DNA from: a virus
Lineage: Duplodnaviria > Caudoviricetes
Length of the DNA stretch: 45,662 nt
Reading direction: 5' to 3' (one strand)
Virus record (IMG/VR): IMGVR_UViG_3300032324_000593
Location: 1-45,662 of that record
Below are positions 1 to 8,918 of the stretch, one piece after another (within the stretch, counting starts at the first letter, position 1; every line of letters starts with the position of its first letter). Both the position numbers and the translations under genes were made by a program. The notes under the pieces are model-generated. The model worked only from the letters and a program-made list of their open reading frames with translations, was not told the origin of the DNA and ran no database searches.

Positions 1-1076
1 TAGATAAGTGGATTGGATATGATAAAGACCATTTAATGAATATGAAAAATGGAATGATAGTTTTAAGAGGAACTGATTTAAAAGACATAAAACCAAAAGA
101 TATAAAAGGTTTTGATATGTTAGGTAATAGAGGTTATTCTAAAGGTGGTTCAGTAACAAATGAAAGAAGGCACGTTAATAAAGATGAAGATTATGAAGTA
201 CGTTATTCAAGACCAAGACCAGCAAGAAAAGGTTATTTAGGTAAACGTGATTTTGTTAATGGTGGTGGAGTAGATGATGATACACCTAAAATATATGTTG
301 CTGATTTAGAAGCATACAACAACGGAAGATTATCTGGAGTATGGTTAGATTTAACAAATTATAGCGATGCAGATGAATTAATGGATGCTATAAATGATTT
401 CTTAAAAACTACTGGTGGAGAAGAATATGCAGTTCATGATTATGAAAACCTACCAAGTTCAATGTATTCAGAATATATGGGAGTTAGAGATTTTGAAGAA
501 ATTTATGAAATGCTTGATTTAGCAAAAGAAAACGATTTACCATTAGATGTAGTTATGGAAGTTGTAAGTCAATTTGATAGAAGTGCATTAGATGAATATA
601 CTGGAGTTTATGATAGCGAACAAGATTTTGCAGAACAATTAGTTGATGAAACTGGTATTCAAAGTTTTAACGATTTTCAATATTATTTAGAAGTTTCTGA
701 TACAGACAGAAGGTTATTATCACAAGATATGGCTGATGGTTATGTAGATGATATTAGAGATGAAGATGGTGGAAACAGACTAATTGAAGAAGCTGGTTTA
801 GATGTTGATGAATATGAAGAAGCTGATTCTGAAAGACAAGATGAAATGCTTGATGAAGCAAGAGAAATTGTATATGATGAATATTACAATAATTATTTTG
901 AAGGATTAAGCGACCCATACTACTTTTTAGTAGAGGAACAAGGATTGTATGATGCAGAATCATTTGCTAATGCAAATTTTGTAAGAGTTGATTATGAAAA
1001 ATTAGGCGATGCTTTAGAACAAGATTATACGTTTGTAAGACACGATGGTCAAATTTATGTTTTCAATATTAGATAA
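1..1076 (+). CDS. ardA: 5'-truncated multidomain protein ending in an ArdA-type antirestriction (DNA mimic) domain
   Basis: The frame is open from base 3 (DKWIGYDKDHL before M36), so the gene starts outside the window. ArdA motifs: PKIYVADLEAYNNGRLSGVWLD, EEYAVHDYE, FAEQLVDETG, VDYEKLG. Very acidic. YSKGG and FVNGGG motifs precede the domain. Confidence 0.8.
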   Translation, partial: DKWIGYDKDHLMNMKNGMIVLRGTDLKDIKPKDIKGFDMLGNRGYSKGGSVTNERRHVNKDEDYEVRYSRPRPARKGYLGKRDFVNGGGVDDDTPKIYVADLEAYNNGRLSGVWLDLTNYSDADELMDAINDFLKTTGGEEYAVHDYENLPSSMYSEYMGVRDFEEIYEMLDLAKENDLPLDVVMEVVSQFDRSALDEYTGVYDSEQDFAEQLVDETGIQSFNDFQYYLEVSDTDRRLLSQDMADGYVDDIRDEDGGNRLIEEAGLDVDEYEEADSERQDEMLDEAREIVYDEYYNNYFEGLSDPYYFLVEEQGLYDAESFANANFVRVDYEKLGDALEQDYTFVRHDGQIYVFNIR

Positions 1077-1084
1077 ATAAAATT

Positions 1085-1115
1085 AGCTGGAGAATGTAAA
1101 AGTTTTCCAGCTTTA
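1085..1115 (+). terminator. hairpin, possible weak intrinsic terminator
   Basis: agctggagaa...ttttccagct followed by a short T run, just after the stop at 1076. Confidence 0.4.
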
Positions 1116-1128
1116 ACTAAATATAACT

Positions 1129-4011
1129 ATGACTACATTAGAAAAAAAAATACAAAAAAAAGTAGATGAAATTAATAACTTAATTTCTTTAGCAAGTAAT
1201 TCGGAATCCGATAATGCTTATGATGGTAATTTAATGGTTACAGATACTTCAAGCACATGGGAAGAACCAGCAATTTATAAACCAATTGTTTTTAGAAATG
1301 GTGTTTTATATATTGAATACTTTGAACCATATAGCAACCGAATCAAAAAAGACAAAATTTTAAAAAGAAATTTACAATATGATGGTTATGGTACTTTATT
1401 GGATATTGCAAAAATATACAGACGAGCATTAAAAAAAGAAAATATAAAATATGCTGGTGGTGGAGATTTCCAATCTGGAGTTTATGCTGGAGGTGGAAAA
1501 GTAAAACCTTTTATGTATAAAGAAAAAAATTCAACCATTATGATTAATGGTACAAAGGCAGATGTAAAAAAAATGTATTTAGATTATAAAAACAATTTTT
1601 TAAGCGTTAGTAAATTTGCTGAATATTATAATATTTCTGAAACACAAGCCAATTCTATTATTAATGAAGGCAGAAAATATGCAAAAGAAGATGGTTATTA
1701 TGCTGGTGGTGGAGAATTTATGACAGACCCTACATTTGGTAATTTCCAAAACAATGTTTATGCTGATGGTGGTGGAATTGAAGATGCAATTAAAGGATAT
1801 AAAGAATACACTAAAAAAAATTGGGAAGGTTATGATTATTTTTCTGAAAAATATGCAGTAAATGAACTTGCAGAATTAGAATTAGATTTAAGAAAATTAA
1901 ACGATGGAAGATTAGCACCAAGAAAAGTTGTAGGAAGTGGTTACAAGAACGCAAAAAAAGTAGCACAAGAGTGGTTACAAAGTCAAATTGATAAACAAAA
2001 ATTAGCAATAAAAACAAATGGTTTAAGTAATTATATTAACCATAGAAATTTTAGAAGCGATTTAGTTAATGCTAAAAGAGAAAATATTATTAGCGAAAGA
2101 AAATTTAATGAATTACTGGATGAAAGTAATGAAATAATGGATTCTTTACCAAAATCATTTGCTCGTGGTGGTAAATTACTTTATAAAGATTTATTTGAAG
2201 ATTATGAAAATCAACCAGCAGAATTATCTGAAATTGTAGAAACTTATGTAGAAAAATATGAAACTGATGATTATGATGATTATAATGATACTAAAAAATT
2301 CTTAAAAGAAGTAGAATCAATTGGATATACATTTGATTATGGTTTAGATAACGAACCTTTTGCGTTAAGAAAAAAAGATGTAAAATTAAATCAAGTTATA
2401 GGTTATGAAGATATGTATATAAAAAATGATAATTTTGCTGATGGTGGAGGAGTAGAAAATGATATAAATTTCAGAAAATTTACTATAAATGAATTAATAA
2501 AAAAATTACCACAAGATGTGGAATTTATGTGGATTGTAGAAGAAAAAACACCAAATTTTATTAGAAGAAGCGATAAAGAATTTAAAAAATTATCTAATAC
2601 AGAATTTACAATAACTGATTTTGGAACATTAGAATTAAGCAAAGGTTCAGAAAATTTATATTTAGATATTAAAGTAATGGAAGTTTCAGATAATGCTCCA
2701 GAAGTTTCTTATTTTATTTCTTTGTTTACAAAAGACAATCATAAAGGATTAAAAGAATTTTCTAAAGGATTAATTGAAAAATTTGAAATGGGTGGAGTTA
2801 CTAATAACTTTGTTCCAAGAAGAAATTTAAATACAATTACCATTAAAAAAGGAAATCAAAAATTAACTTACAAAATTTCTGATGTTTTAAATGGTGCATA
2901 TAAATTAGAATTTGGAGCAAGTATTGAAGATATTGCTTTTTACGTTCCTAAAAGAAGTGTAGTAAAAGTACAATTAAAATCTGGAAAAGATTTTAAACCA
3001 GCAAACGGATATTGGATTAAAGATGGTGCTAAACCTATTCATATTACAAAATTTGATGATGGTGGTGTTATGTCAAGATTATTAACTCGTAAAAAAGACC
3101 AACCAAAAGTTGAAACTACTAACGAAGAAATTGATTTAAACGAAGATTCAAGAATTAGAGTAAGACCATCAAGTTTTGTTAGAAAAGATAAAGAAGCAGA
3201 TTGGATGATGAAAAATAATTCATCAAAAGAAGCAAGAACATACGCTGATGGTGGAAAAATAAGATATGAAGATTATGACGATGAAATAGATATGTGGGAT
3301 AAATTAAGTATTTCACAAAGAAAAAAATTATTAGATAGTCAAGAAGATTTAGAACAATATGGAAACCACTCTGAAATAGCACAAGATGATTGGGATGAAT
3401 TAGATGATTATGTTACTGATGTTTTAGAAAATAATTTTAAAAACAAAATGTACGCTGGTGGTGGAAGTGTTGAAAATATTGTTAATAAAGAAGCGAATGA
3501 ATTAATTAAAAAATTAGAAGCTAAAGGTATTTCTGCAAAAAAAAGAGTTTCTAAAAATGGTGTTTTTATTTATGGAGAAAAAAATCAACAAGGAAAATAT
3601 AAATACGAAACTTATTTATCATATTCAGAAATACCAGACAAAAATTTTTTAGAAATTGAAATGTTAGAATTTTTAAGATTAAATAAAAAAATGTATGCTG
3701 GTGGAGGTAAAACCACTTTTTCTGAAAAAGCAAAAGCAATTGCTAAAAATTTTGAAGGTAAGCGTGTCGAACCAAAATACCAAAAAGAGTATGGAAAGGT
3801 TTATGACACAAAAGAAGCTAAAGAAGTAGGAAATAAAATTGCTGGTAGCCAGAAAGCAACATACGATGCTAAAGCAGAAAAGGGAGCAGTAGTTAAAAAA
3901 GGCAAAGGAAACCACAAAATGAAAGCAACTACTGATTTAGCAAGAAAAATACGTAAGGATGGAGAAAAATGGACAGATGCTATCAAACGTGCAAGTTTAC
4001 AATTAAAATAA
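1129..4011 (+). CDS. 960-aa polyvalent/polyprotein-like protein made of small domains separated by [FY]xxGG motifs
   Basis: 11 [FY]xxGG motifs (aa 108,119,191,211,344,436,552,642,705,775,856) separate unrelated segments; basic C-terminus. Confidence 0.7.
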   Translation: MTTLEKKIQKKVDEINNLISLASNSESDNAYDGNLMVTDTSSTWEEPAIYKPIVFRNGVLYIEYFEPYSNRIKKDKILKRNLQYDGYGTLLDIAKIYRRALKKENIKYAGGGDFQSGVYAGGGKVKPFMYKEKNSTIMINGTKADVKKMYLDYKNNFLSVSKFAEYYNISETQANSIINEGRKYAKEDGYYAGGGEFMTDPTFGNFQNNVYADGGGIEDAIKGYKEYTKKNWEGYDYFSEKYAVNELAELELDLRKLNDGRLAPRKVVGSGYKNAKKVAQEWLQSQIDKQKLAIKTNGLSNYINHRNFRSDLVNAKRENIISERKFNELLDESNEIMDSLPKSFARGGKLLYKDLFEDYENQPAELSEIVETYVEKYETDDYDDYNDTKKFLKEVESIGYTFDYGLDNEPFALRKKDVKLNQVIGYEDMYIKNDNFADGGGVENDINFRKFTINELIKKLPQDVEFMWIVEEKTPNFIRRSDKEFKKLSNTEFTITDFGTLELSKGSENLYLDIKVMEVSDNAPEVSYFISLFTKDNHKGLKEFSKGLIEKFEMGGVTNNFVPRRNLNTITIKKGNQKLTYKISDVLNGAYKLEFGASIEDIAFYVPKRSVVKVQLKSGKDFKPANGYWIKDGAKPIHITKFDDGGVMSRLLTRKKDQPKVETTNEEIDLNEDSRIRVRPSSFVRKDKEADWMMKNNSSKEARTYADGGKIRYEDYDDEIDMWDKLSISQRKKLLDSQEDLEQYGNHSEIAQDDWDELDDYVTDVLENNFKNKMYAGGGSVENIVNKEANELIKKLEAKGISAKKRVSKNGVFIYGEKNQQGKYKYETYLSYSEIPDKNFLEIEMLEFLRLNKKMYAGGGKTTFSEKAKAIAKNFEGKRVEPKYQKEYGKVYDTKEAKEVGNKIAGSQKATYDAKAEKGAVVKKGKGNHKMKATTDLARKIRKDGEKWTDAIKRASLQLK

Positions 4012-4048
4012 TTAAGACTTTAAAAGTAAGTTTTTTATAAAAAAATAT

Positions 4049-4056
4049 TATATTTG
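4049..4056 (+). promoter_or_regulatory. Bacteroidota-type -7 promoter box (TATATTTG)
   Basis: Matches TAnnTTTG, about 30 nt upstream of ATG 4087. Confidence 0.6.
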
Positions 4057-4086
4057 TGAATTATTAACTTAAATAAAAATAAAACT

Positions 4087-4500
4087 ATGGACAGAATAGA
4101 AATGTTATTAGAAAAATTAGAGAACAGAATCCCTAATTCATTAGCAAAAAAAATTGATAAACTTGATGATTTTGAAGAAAAATTAATAGTTGCTCAAAAT
4201 GATTTCACTAACGAACCAACGGATGAAAACAAAGACAATCTTAAAGAAGTTACAGATTTTGTAAACGATTTAAAAAACGATGTGATTTCTAATTTAGAAG
4301 ATTTAGTTGCTAAAAAAGTAGCTAAAGAAAAGGAAGTTGAAGCACCAGCACCAGCACCAGCATCAGCACCAACAAGTGAAGTAAAACCAGACGAAAAACC
4401 AAAAGAAGAAAAAAAAGGTGTAAGTATTTTTGGAATTGCTTTAGGAGTTGTTTTATTGGTAGGTACTGCTGGAGCATACAATTACTTTTCAAAAAAATAA
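4087..4500 (+). CDS. membrane protein: coiled coil, Pro/Ala linker, C-terminal TM helix
   Basis: APAPAP linker; IFGIALGVVLLVGTAGAY followed by KK. Confidence 0.75.
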   Translation: MDRIEMLLEKLENRIPNSLAKKIDKLDDFEEKLIVAQNDFTNEPTDENKDNLKEVTDFVNDLKNDVISNLEDLVAKKVAKEKEVEAPAPAPASAPTSEVKPDEKPKEEKKGVSIFGIALGVVLLVGTAGAYNYFSKK

Positions 4501-4526
4501 GTAATTAACAATTAAATATAAAAGTC

Positions 4527-4652
4527 ATGAATACAAAAACAAAAGCATTATTAGTAACTGGATTAGCAATAATAGGTGCAGTATCAGTTTATTTGTTTCT
4601 TATGAAACCAAAAAAGAATGATGATGGATTTTACAATATGTACGGATATTAA
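4527..4652 (+). CDS. 41-aa membrane microprotein (not in the ORF track)
   Basis: MNTKTKALLVTGLAIIGAVSVYLFLMKPKKNDDGFYNMYGY; fills the intergenic gap. Confidence 0.7.
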   Translation: MNTKTKALLVTGLAIIGAVSVYLFLMKPKKNDDGFYNMYGY

Positions 4653-4657
4653 TATTC

Positions 4658-4951
4658 ATGGCATATAAAATTTTACCATATAGCTTTAGAAAGGCAAAGG
4701 AGTTAGGGGTGGTTATAAAACCATCCACTAACTTTTTAAAAAAAATTGATGTCTATAAAGATGGTAAAAAGATTGCTTCAATAGGTGCAAGAGGTATGAA
4801 TGATTACCCTACGTATTTAGAAAAAGAAAAAAAAGGTAGTTTTCCAAAAGGTTACGCAAACAAAAGAAGAAAATTATATAAAGATAGGCATGAAAAAGAT
4901 AGAAACGTAAGAGGTTCTAACGGATATTATGCTGATAAAATTTTGTGGTAA
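4658..4951 (+). CDS. basic 97-aa protein resembling the DUF5754/Tlr6F-like family of giant viruses and polinton-like viruses
   Basis: KKIDVYKDGKKIASIGARGMNDY...RRKLYKDRH...GYYADKILW pattern, recognised from memory. Confidence 0.5.
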   Translation: MAYKILPYSFRKAKELGVVIKPSTNFLKKIDVYKDGKKIASIGARGMNDYPTYLEKEKKGSFPKGYANKRRKLYKDRHEKDRNVRGSNGYYADKILW

Positions 4952-5688
4952 TGGCAGATTATAGAAAAGCGTTATTTTCAATTAAATTACAAGTAGGAGG
5001 TTTAAAATTCAACTTTTTGGGTGGAGATATACCATGCAATTTAGGTATTGAAACCGACCCAGATGAATTGAAAAAATTAGATTTTCTAAAAGATGCACCA
5101 GTTAAGCCACAATTTAAGTTTAATCAAAACAAAGGAATTAACTGGAGTGTTTTTAAAACGTATTCTGATGAATATATTTATGAACCTTCTTGTGAAAACT
5201 TTAAAGAAATGCCAGATGAAATATGGAACACAATATTTAAAAAACAATATTGGGATAGTATAAATGGCGACAAAATAAAAAATCAAGGAGTTGCAAATAT
5301 TATTTCTTACATTGCTTTAAAGAGTGAAGGTGTAATTTTATCATCTGCATTACTTGAAAGTAAATTAAAAGAATTTGGTTTTGTTCCAAAGGTAAAAGTA
5401 AATCAAAATATATTTACGATTAATATAAGTAAATTGGATGATGAATATATTGATTTTATAAATGATTTAGATGCAAAAGGTAAAAGTCCAGAATTGTTTG
5501 ATAAATTATTTTTTGATTATGAAAGAGATATTATACCATTAGACAAAAGAAAAGAAGATGATATTTTAATAAATAAGTTTTATTTACTTAACAAACCTTA
5601 TGCGAGTTCAATTAAAGAAAAAACTTTATTTTTAGGTGGTGTAATAGGTGTAATTGGTGGATTAGTAATTTTAAGTAGGTTAGAATGA
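4951..5688 (+). CDS. GH108-like lysozyme paralogue, probably inactive, with C-terminal TM
   Basis: Aligns by eye with 6705..7409 (MADY, NKGI.W..FK, F..MPD..W..I.K...WD.I.GD.I.NQ..AN, FY.LNKPYA). LQVGG replaces KAEGG. Start at ATG 4951 (TAATG overlap). Confidence 0.65.
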   Translation: MADYRKALFSIKLQVGGLKFNFLGGDIPCNLGIETDPDELKKLDFLKDAPVKPQFKFNQNKGINWSVFKTYSDEYIYEPSCENFKEMPDEIWNTIFKKQYWDSINGDKIKNQGVANIISYIALKSEGVILSSALLESKLKEFGFVPKVKVNQNIFTINISKLDDEYIDFINDLDAKGKSPELFDKLFFDYERDIIPLDKRKEDDILINKFYLLNKPYASSIKEKTLFLGGVIGVIGGLVILSRLE

Positions 5689-6254
5689 TAAATTTAGGAG
5701 GAATTAACAATAATAATATTTATAGTGGTATAAGTGTTGGGGAAATTTTCCCAGAAATTAAACCAGTAGCGGAATTATATGATTATAACCATCCAGCACG
5801 ACCAATTTTTTTAGAACTGACAAAAAAATACCCACCATTACAAGGCGAAAAATCTATAATAAGTTTATTTAACACAGACAAATTAGATGGCAATACTTGT
5901 GTTAGAGCAGATGAAAGTATAAAAGAAATATCTAAAGAAATTGAAGATTTACAAAAAATTACACCAGCTTTAACTGGATATGAATTAGCTACATCAAAAG
6001 ATTTAAATGTAAATAAACTTGAAATATTAAGAAGAATCCTTTTGCAATATAAAATGGCTTTTAATAAAGGAGAATGTACAGATACTTTAGAAAAAATGAA
6101 AGCAGAAGCAAATGCTAAAATTTTAACTAAAGAATCGGCAAAATCTGAAAAACAAGTTTTAGAAAAAAATTATAAAGAGCAATATTTATATATTGGTATA
6201 GGTTCAGTAATATTATTAGTAGGATTATACATTGTAACACGAAGCAAAAAATGA
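5685..6254 (+). CDS. helical protein with C-terminal TM (paralogue family with 6251 and 23290)
   Basis: QVLEKNYKEQYLYIGIGSVILLVGLYIVTR tail; two Cys. Confidence 0.75.
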   Translation: MINLGGINNNNIYSGISVGEIFPEIKPVAELYDYNHPARPIFLELTKKYPPLQGEKSIISLFNTDKLDGNTCVRADESIKEISKEIEDLQKITPALTGYELATSKDLNVNKLEILRRILLQYKMAFNKGECTDTLEKMKAEANAKILTKESAKSEKQVLEKNYKEQYLYIGIGSVILLVGLYIVTRSKK

Positions 6255-6703
6255 GAGGTGTAAATACAAATACAAGAACCAGTAGGTCTGTAAATACAAA
6301 TCTTACTAATAGAATTACTGCACCAGTTGTAGATGGAGTAAGAAAAACTTATGCACAAGAAGATGTAGAAAAATTAGCTTTAAACGATGGTTATGTTTCA
6401 GCTTGTATAAAAATTGACGAAGAAATTAAAAGTATTGCTAAACAAATAAGCGAATCAACAAAAGAAGAAATAGAACTAAATAAACTTTTGTTTGAAAAAA
6501 AACGAGTATTTAATTCTATTTTATGTGCGGATAGTTTAGAACAAAAAAAATCAGTTGAAAACGCAAAAATAATTTCAGAAGAATCTATTAAAGCAGAACA
6601 ACAAGTTTTAGAAAAAAATAAAAAAGAACAATATTTATATATTGGTTTTGGAGCAGTAGTTTTGTTAATTGCATTATTTGTTGTTACACGAAATAAAAAT
6701 TAA
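6251..6703 (+). CDS. helical protein with C-terminal TM (paralogue of 5685)
   Basis: QVLEKNKKEQYLYIGFGAVVLLIALFVVTR tail. Confidence 0.75.
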   Translation: MRGVNTNTRTSRSVNTNLTNRITAPVVDGVRKTYAQEDVEKLALNDGYVSACIKIDEEIKSIAKQISESTKEEIELNKLLFEKKRVFNSILCADSLEQKKSVENAKIISEESIKAEQQVLEKNKKEQYLYIGFGAVVLLIALFVVTRNKN

Positions 6704-6704
6704 A

Positions 6705-7409
6705 ATGGCAGATTATAAAAACATAGTAGCATTTATCAAAAAAGCAGAAGGAGGTTTGTCGTCAGCAACAACTGATACTGCAAGTAGGAATCCATCTCCT
6801 TGTGGTAATGGTAAAAATGGTAAGCCATATCATACAAATAAAGGAATACAATGGATAACATTCAAAGGTTTAGCAAGTCAAGGCGGTTATACTGCAAGTT
6901 GCTCAAACTTTTTAAAAATGCCAGATGATGTTTGGTATAAAGTTTATAAAACTGGATTTTGGGATAAAATTCAAGGAGATAGAATAAGAAATCAAGCAAT
7001 TGCAAATTCATTTGTTGAAATGACTTGGGGAAGTGGTTTAGGATGTAGTGATTTTTCCAAATGTAAGTCTGGAACTATACCATTTTTAAATCAGTTTTTT
7101 AAAAAATATTATAATGAAAATTTATCATCTGTTAGTCAGTACGTAGATTTTGTTAATGAATTAGATAAAAAAGGGCAATCATCTGAATTATTTGAAAATT
7201 TAAACGAATTTAGGGCAAACAAATATGTTGCATTAAATCAGCCAAAAAATTTAAAAGGATGGTTAAGTAGGTTAAATGGTTTTTATGTATTAAACAAACC
7301 TTATGCTTTATCAACAACAGAAAAAAAAAATATAACTAAAGGTTTAGGTGGTGTAATAGCAATAATATTAATAACGTATTTATACAAACAATATGGAAAT
7401 TCAAAATAG
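6705..7409 (+). CDS. GH108-family lysozyme with C-terminal TM anchor (putative virion-associated muramidase)
   Basis: N-terminal FIKKAEGG (catalytic Glu motif), TNKGIQW.T, GWLSRL, TM tail; probable start ATG 6705. Confidence 0.75.
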   Translation: MADYKNIVAFIKKAEGGLSSATTDTASRNPSPCGNGKNGKPYHTNKGIQWITFKGLASQGGYTASCSNFLKMPDDVWYKVYKTGFWDKIQGDRIRNQAIANSFVEMTWGSGLGCSDFSKCKSGTIPFLNQFFKKYYNENLSSVSQYVDFVNELDKKGQSSELFENLNEFRANKYVALNQPKNLKGWLSRLNGFYVLNKPYALSTTEKKNITKGLGGVIAIILITYLYKQYGNSK

Positions 7410-7548
7410 TACAGAAGCACAAAAAGAACAAAAATCAAAAATTCATACACACTTATCAACTACATTTGTAATAGTTGGTATAATTTCTTTTACTTTAGGT
7501 GCAATAGTAAATTATTATACAATTAAACGTTTAAACGGAATAAAATAA
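7393..7548 (+). CDS. 51-aa membrane microprotein (not in the ORF track)
   Basis: MEIQNSTEAQKEQKSKIHTHLSTTFVIVGIISFTLGAIVNYYTIKRLNGIK; TAATG overlap with the next gene. Confidence 0.65.
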   Translation: MEIQNSTEAQKEQKSKIHTHLSTTFVIVGIISFTLGAIVNYYTIKRLNGIK

Positions 7549-7955
7549 TGCAAATAACTGGAAAAATAACAGATAGTAATGGTGTTCCTTTAGGTAGAAC
7601 AACTATTTTAAAAACAACTGGAAAAAATGCTAACAAAGTTGGTGTTTTCTCAAATGATGATGGGTCATTTGATTATGAAAACGATTCAATTGCTCCAGAA
7701 GATAATTTTGAAATAAAATATTTAGGTTTTAAATCTCAATTTTTTAAAGCATCACAACTAAAAAACAAAACTATAAAATTAGAACAACAAACAGATGAAA
7801 TCGAACCAGTTTTAATTGTAGGTCAAGTAAAAAAGAAAAAACAAGAAATAACAAACAACTTCAAACTGCATTTTAACAAACACAAAATGCTTTACGCTGG
7901 AATCGGTGGATTATTAGGATTAGTATTAATTTTTACATCAATTAAAAAAAGATAA
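7548..7955 (+). CDS. CarboxypepD_reg-like (SusC N-terminal-type) beta domain with C-terminal TM
   Basis: ITGKITDSNGVPL...GVFSNDDGSF...IKYLGFK pattern typical of Bacteroidota proteins. Confidence 0.7.
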   Translation: MQITGKITDSNGVPLGRTTILKTTGKNANKVGVFSNDDGSFDYENDSIAPEDNFEIKYLGFKSQFFKASQLKNKTIKLEQQTDEIEPVLIVGQVKKKKQEITNNFKLHFNKHKMLYAGIGGLLGLVLIFTSIKKR

Positions 7956-7956
7956 T

Positions 7957-8562
7957 ATGACAAACGAATTTGATGATTGGAGAAGTAAGTACGATACTAT
8001 GAGTAGTAATGAGCAAGTGGAATATTATAATGAAATAGAAGAATTATATCCAGAACAAGCACATTACAACTATGAAAACGTAAAAATCGTATTAGAATTA
8101 GGTAAAAAAAACGCAGATGTTTTAGAGTTTGGAACTTGGAAAGCAGATTTATGTGAAACCGCTTTAAAAGAATTTGAAATTAATAGTTGGACTGGAATAG
8201 AAATATGCAAGTCAGCTATTGATAAAACAAGATGTAAAGACCCAAAATTCAAATATATTTTTCCAGAAAAATTTGATTGGTTCAATGATAACAATAGACC
8301 AAAATGTGATATTGTAATTGCTACTCATTTTATAGAGCATTTAAGCAACGAACATTTTAACGCATTAGCAAAATATTGTGAAGGAGTAGAATATATTTAC
8401 TTTGAAGCACCATTAAGCGATAATGGAGAAGATTGGAGTGGTTATTTTGGTACACATAAATTATTTTATGGTTGGAATCAAGTAGTCGAAGTTATGGCTC
8501 AAAATAATTTTGAAGTAGTGCATAACTTAAATCAAGGTAAAATATTTAAAACAATTAAATAA
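7957..8562 (+). CDS. class I SAM-dependent methyltransferase-like protein
   Basis: VLEFGTWKADL, WTGIEI, DIVIATHFIEHL. Confidence 0.65.
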   Translation: MTNEFDDWRSKYDTMSSNEQVEYYNEIEELYPEQAHYNYENVKIVLELGKKNADVLEFGTWKADLCETALKEFEINSWTGIEICKSAIDKTRCKDPKFKYIFPEKFDWFNDNNRPKCDIVIATHFIEHLSNEHFNALAKYCEGVEYIYFEAPLSDNGEDWSGYFGTHKLFYGWNQVVEVMAQNNFEVVHNLNQGKIFKTIK

Positions 8563-8569
8563 AAATAAT

Positions 8570-8908
8570 ATGGAAACACAAGTAGATGTGTCAGCACCAG
8601 CACAAGTAGTTGCACCAGCACCAGCACCAGCAGTTGCAGTTGCACCAGCAGTCGCACCAGCAACTCCACAAATGGAAAGTGGTGGATTTATGGAAAGCGT
8701 AACAAAACCAAAAATGAAATTTGTAGATTTATTTATAGCTGGATTATTAATTGCTACACAAATTTATCTTATTGTAGATACAAGAAGAAGAATCAAAAAA
8801 GAAAATGAAATGCCTTCAAAAGAAGAATTTGAAAACTTTGTTGATGATTTAAATGAAGTAAAATACAATGTTGAAAAAGCATTAGGAAAAAAATATGTTA
8901 AAACCTAA
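8570..8908 (+). CDS. membrane protein with Ala/Pro-rich N-terminus
   Basis: APAV repeats, MESGG motif, central TM helix. Confidence 0.7.
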   Translation: METQVDVSAPAQVVAPAPAPAVAVAPAVAPATPQMESGGFMESVTKPKMKFVDLFIAGLLIATQIYLIVDTRRRIKKENEMPSKEEFENFVDDLNEVKYNVEKALGKKYVKT

Positions 8909-8918
8909 TAAATAAGTT

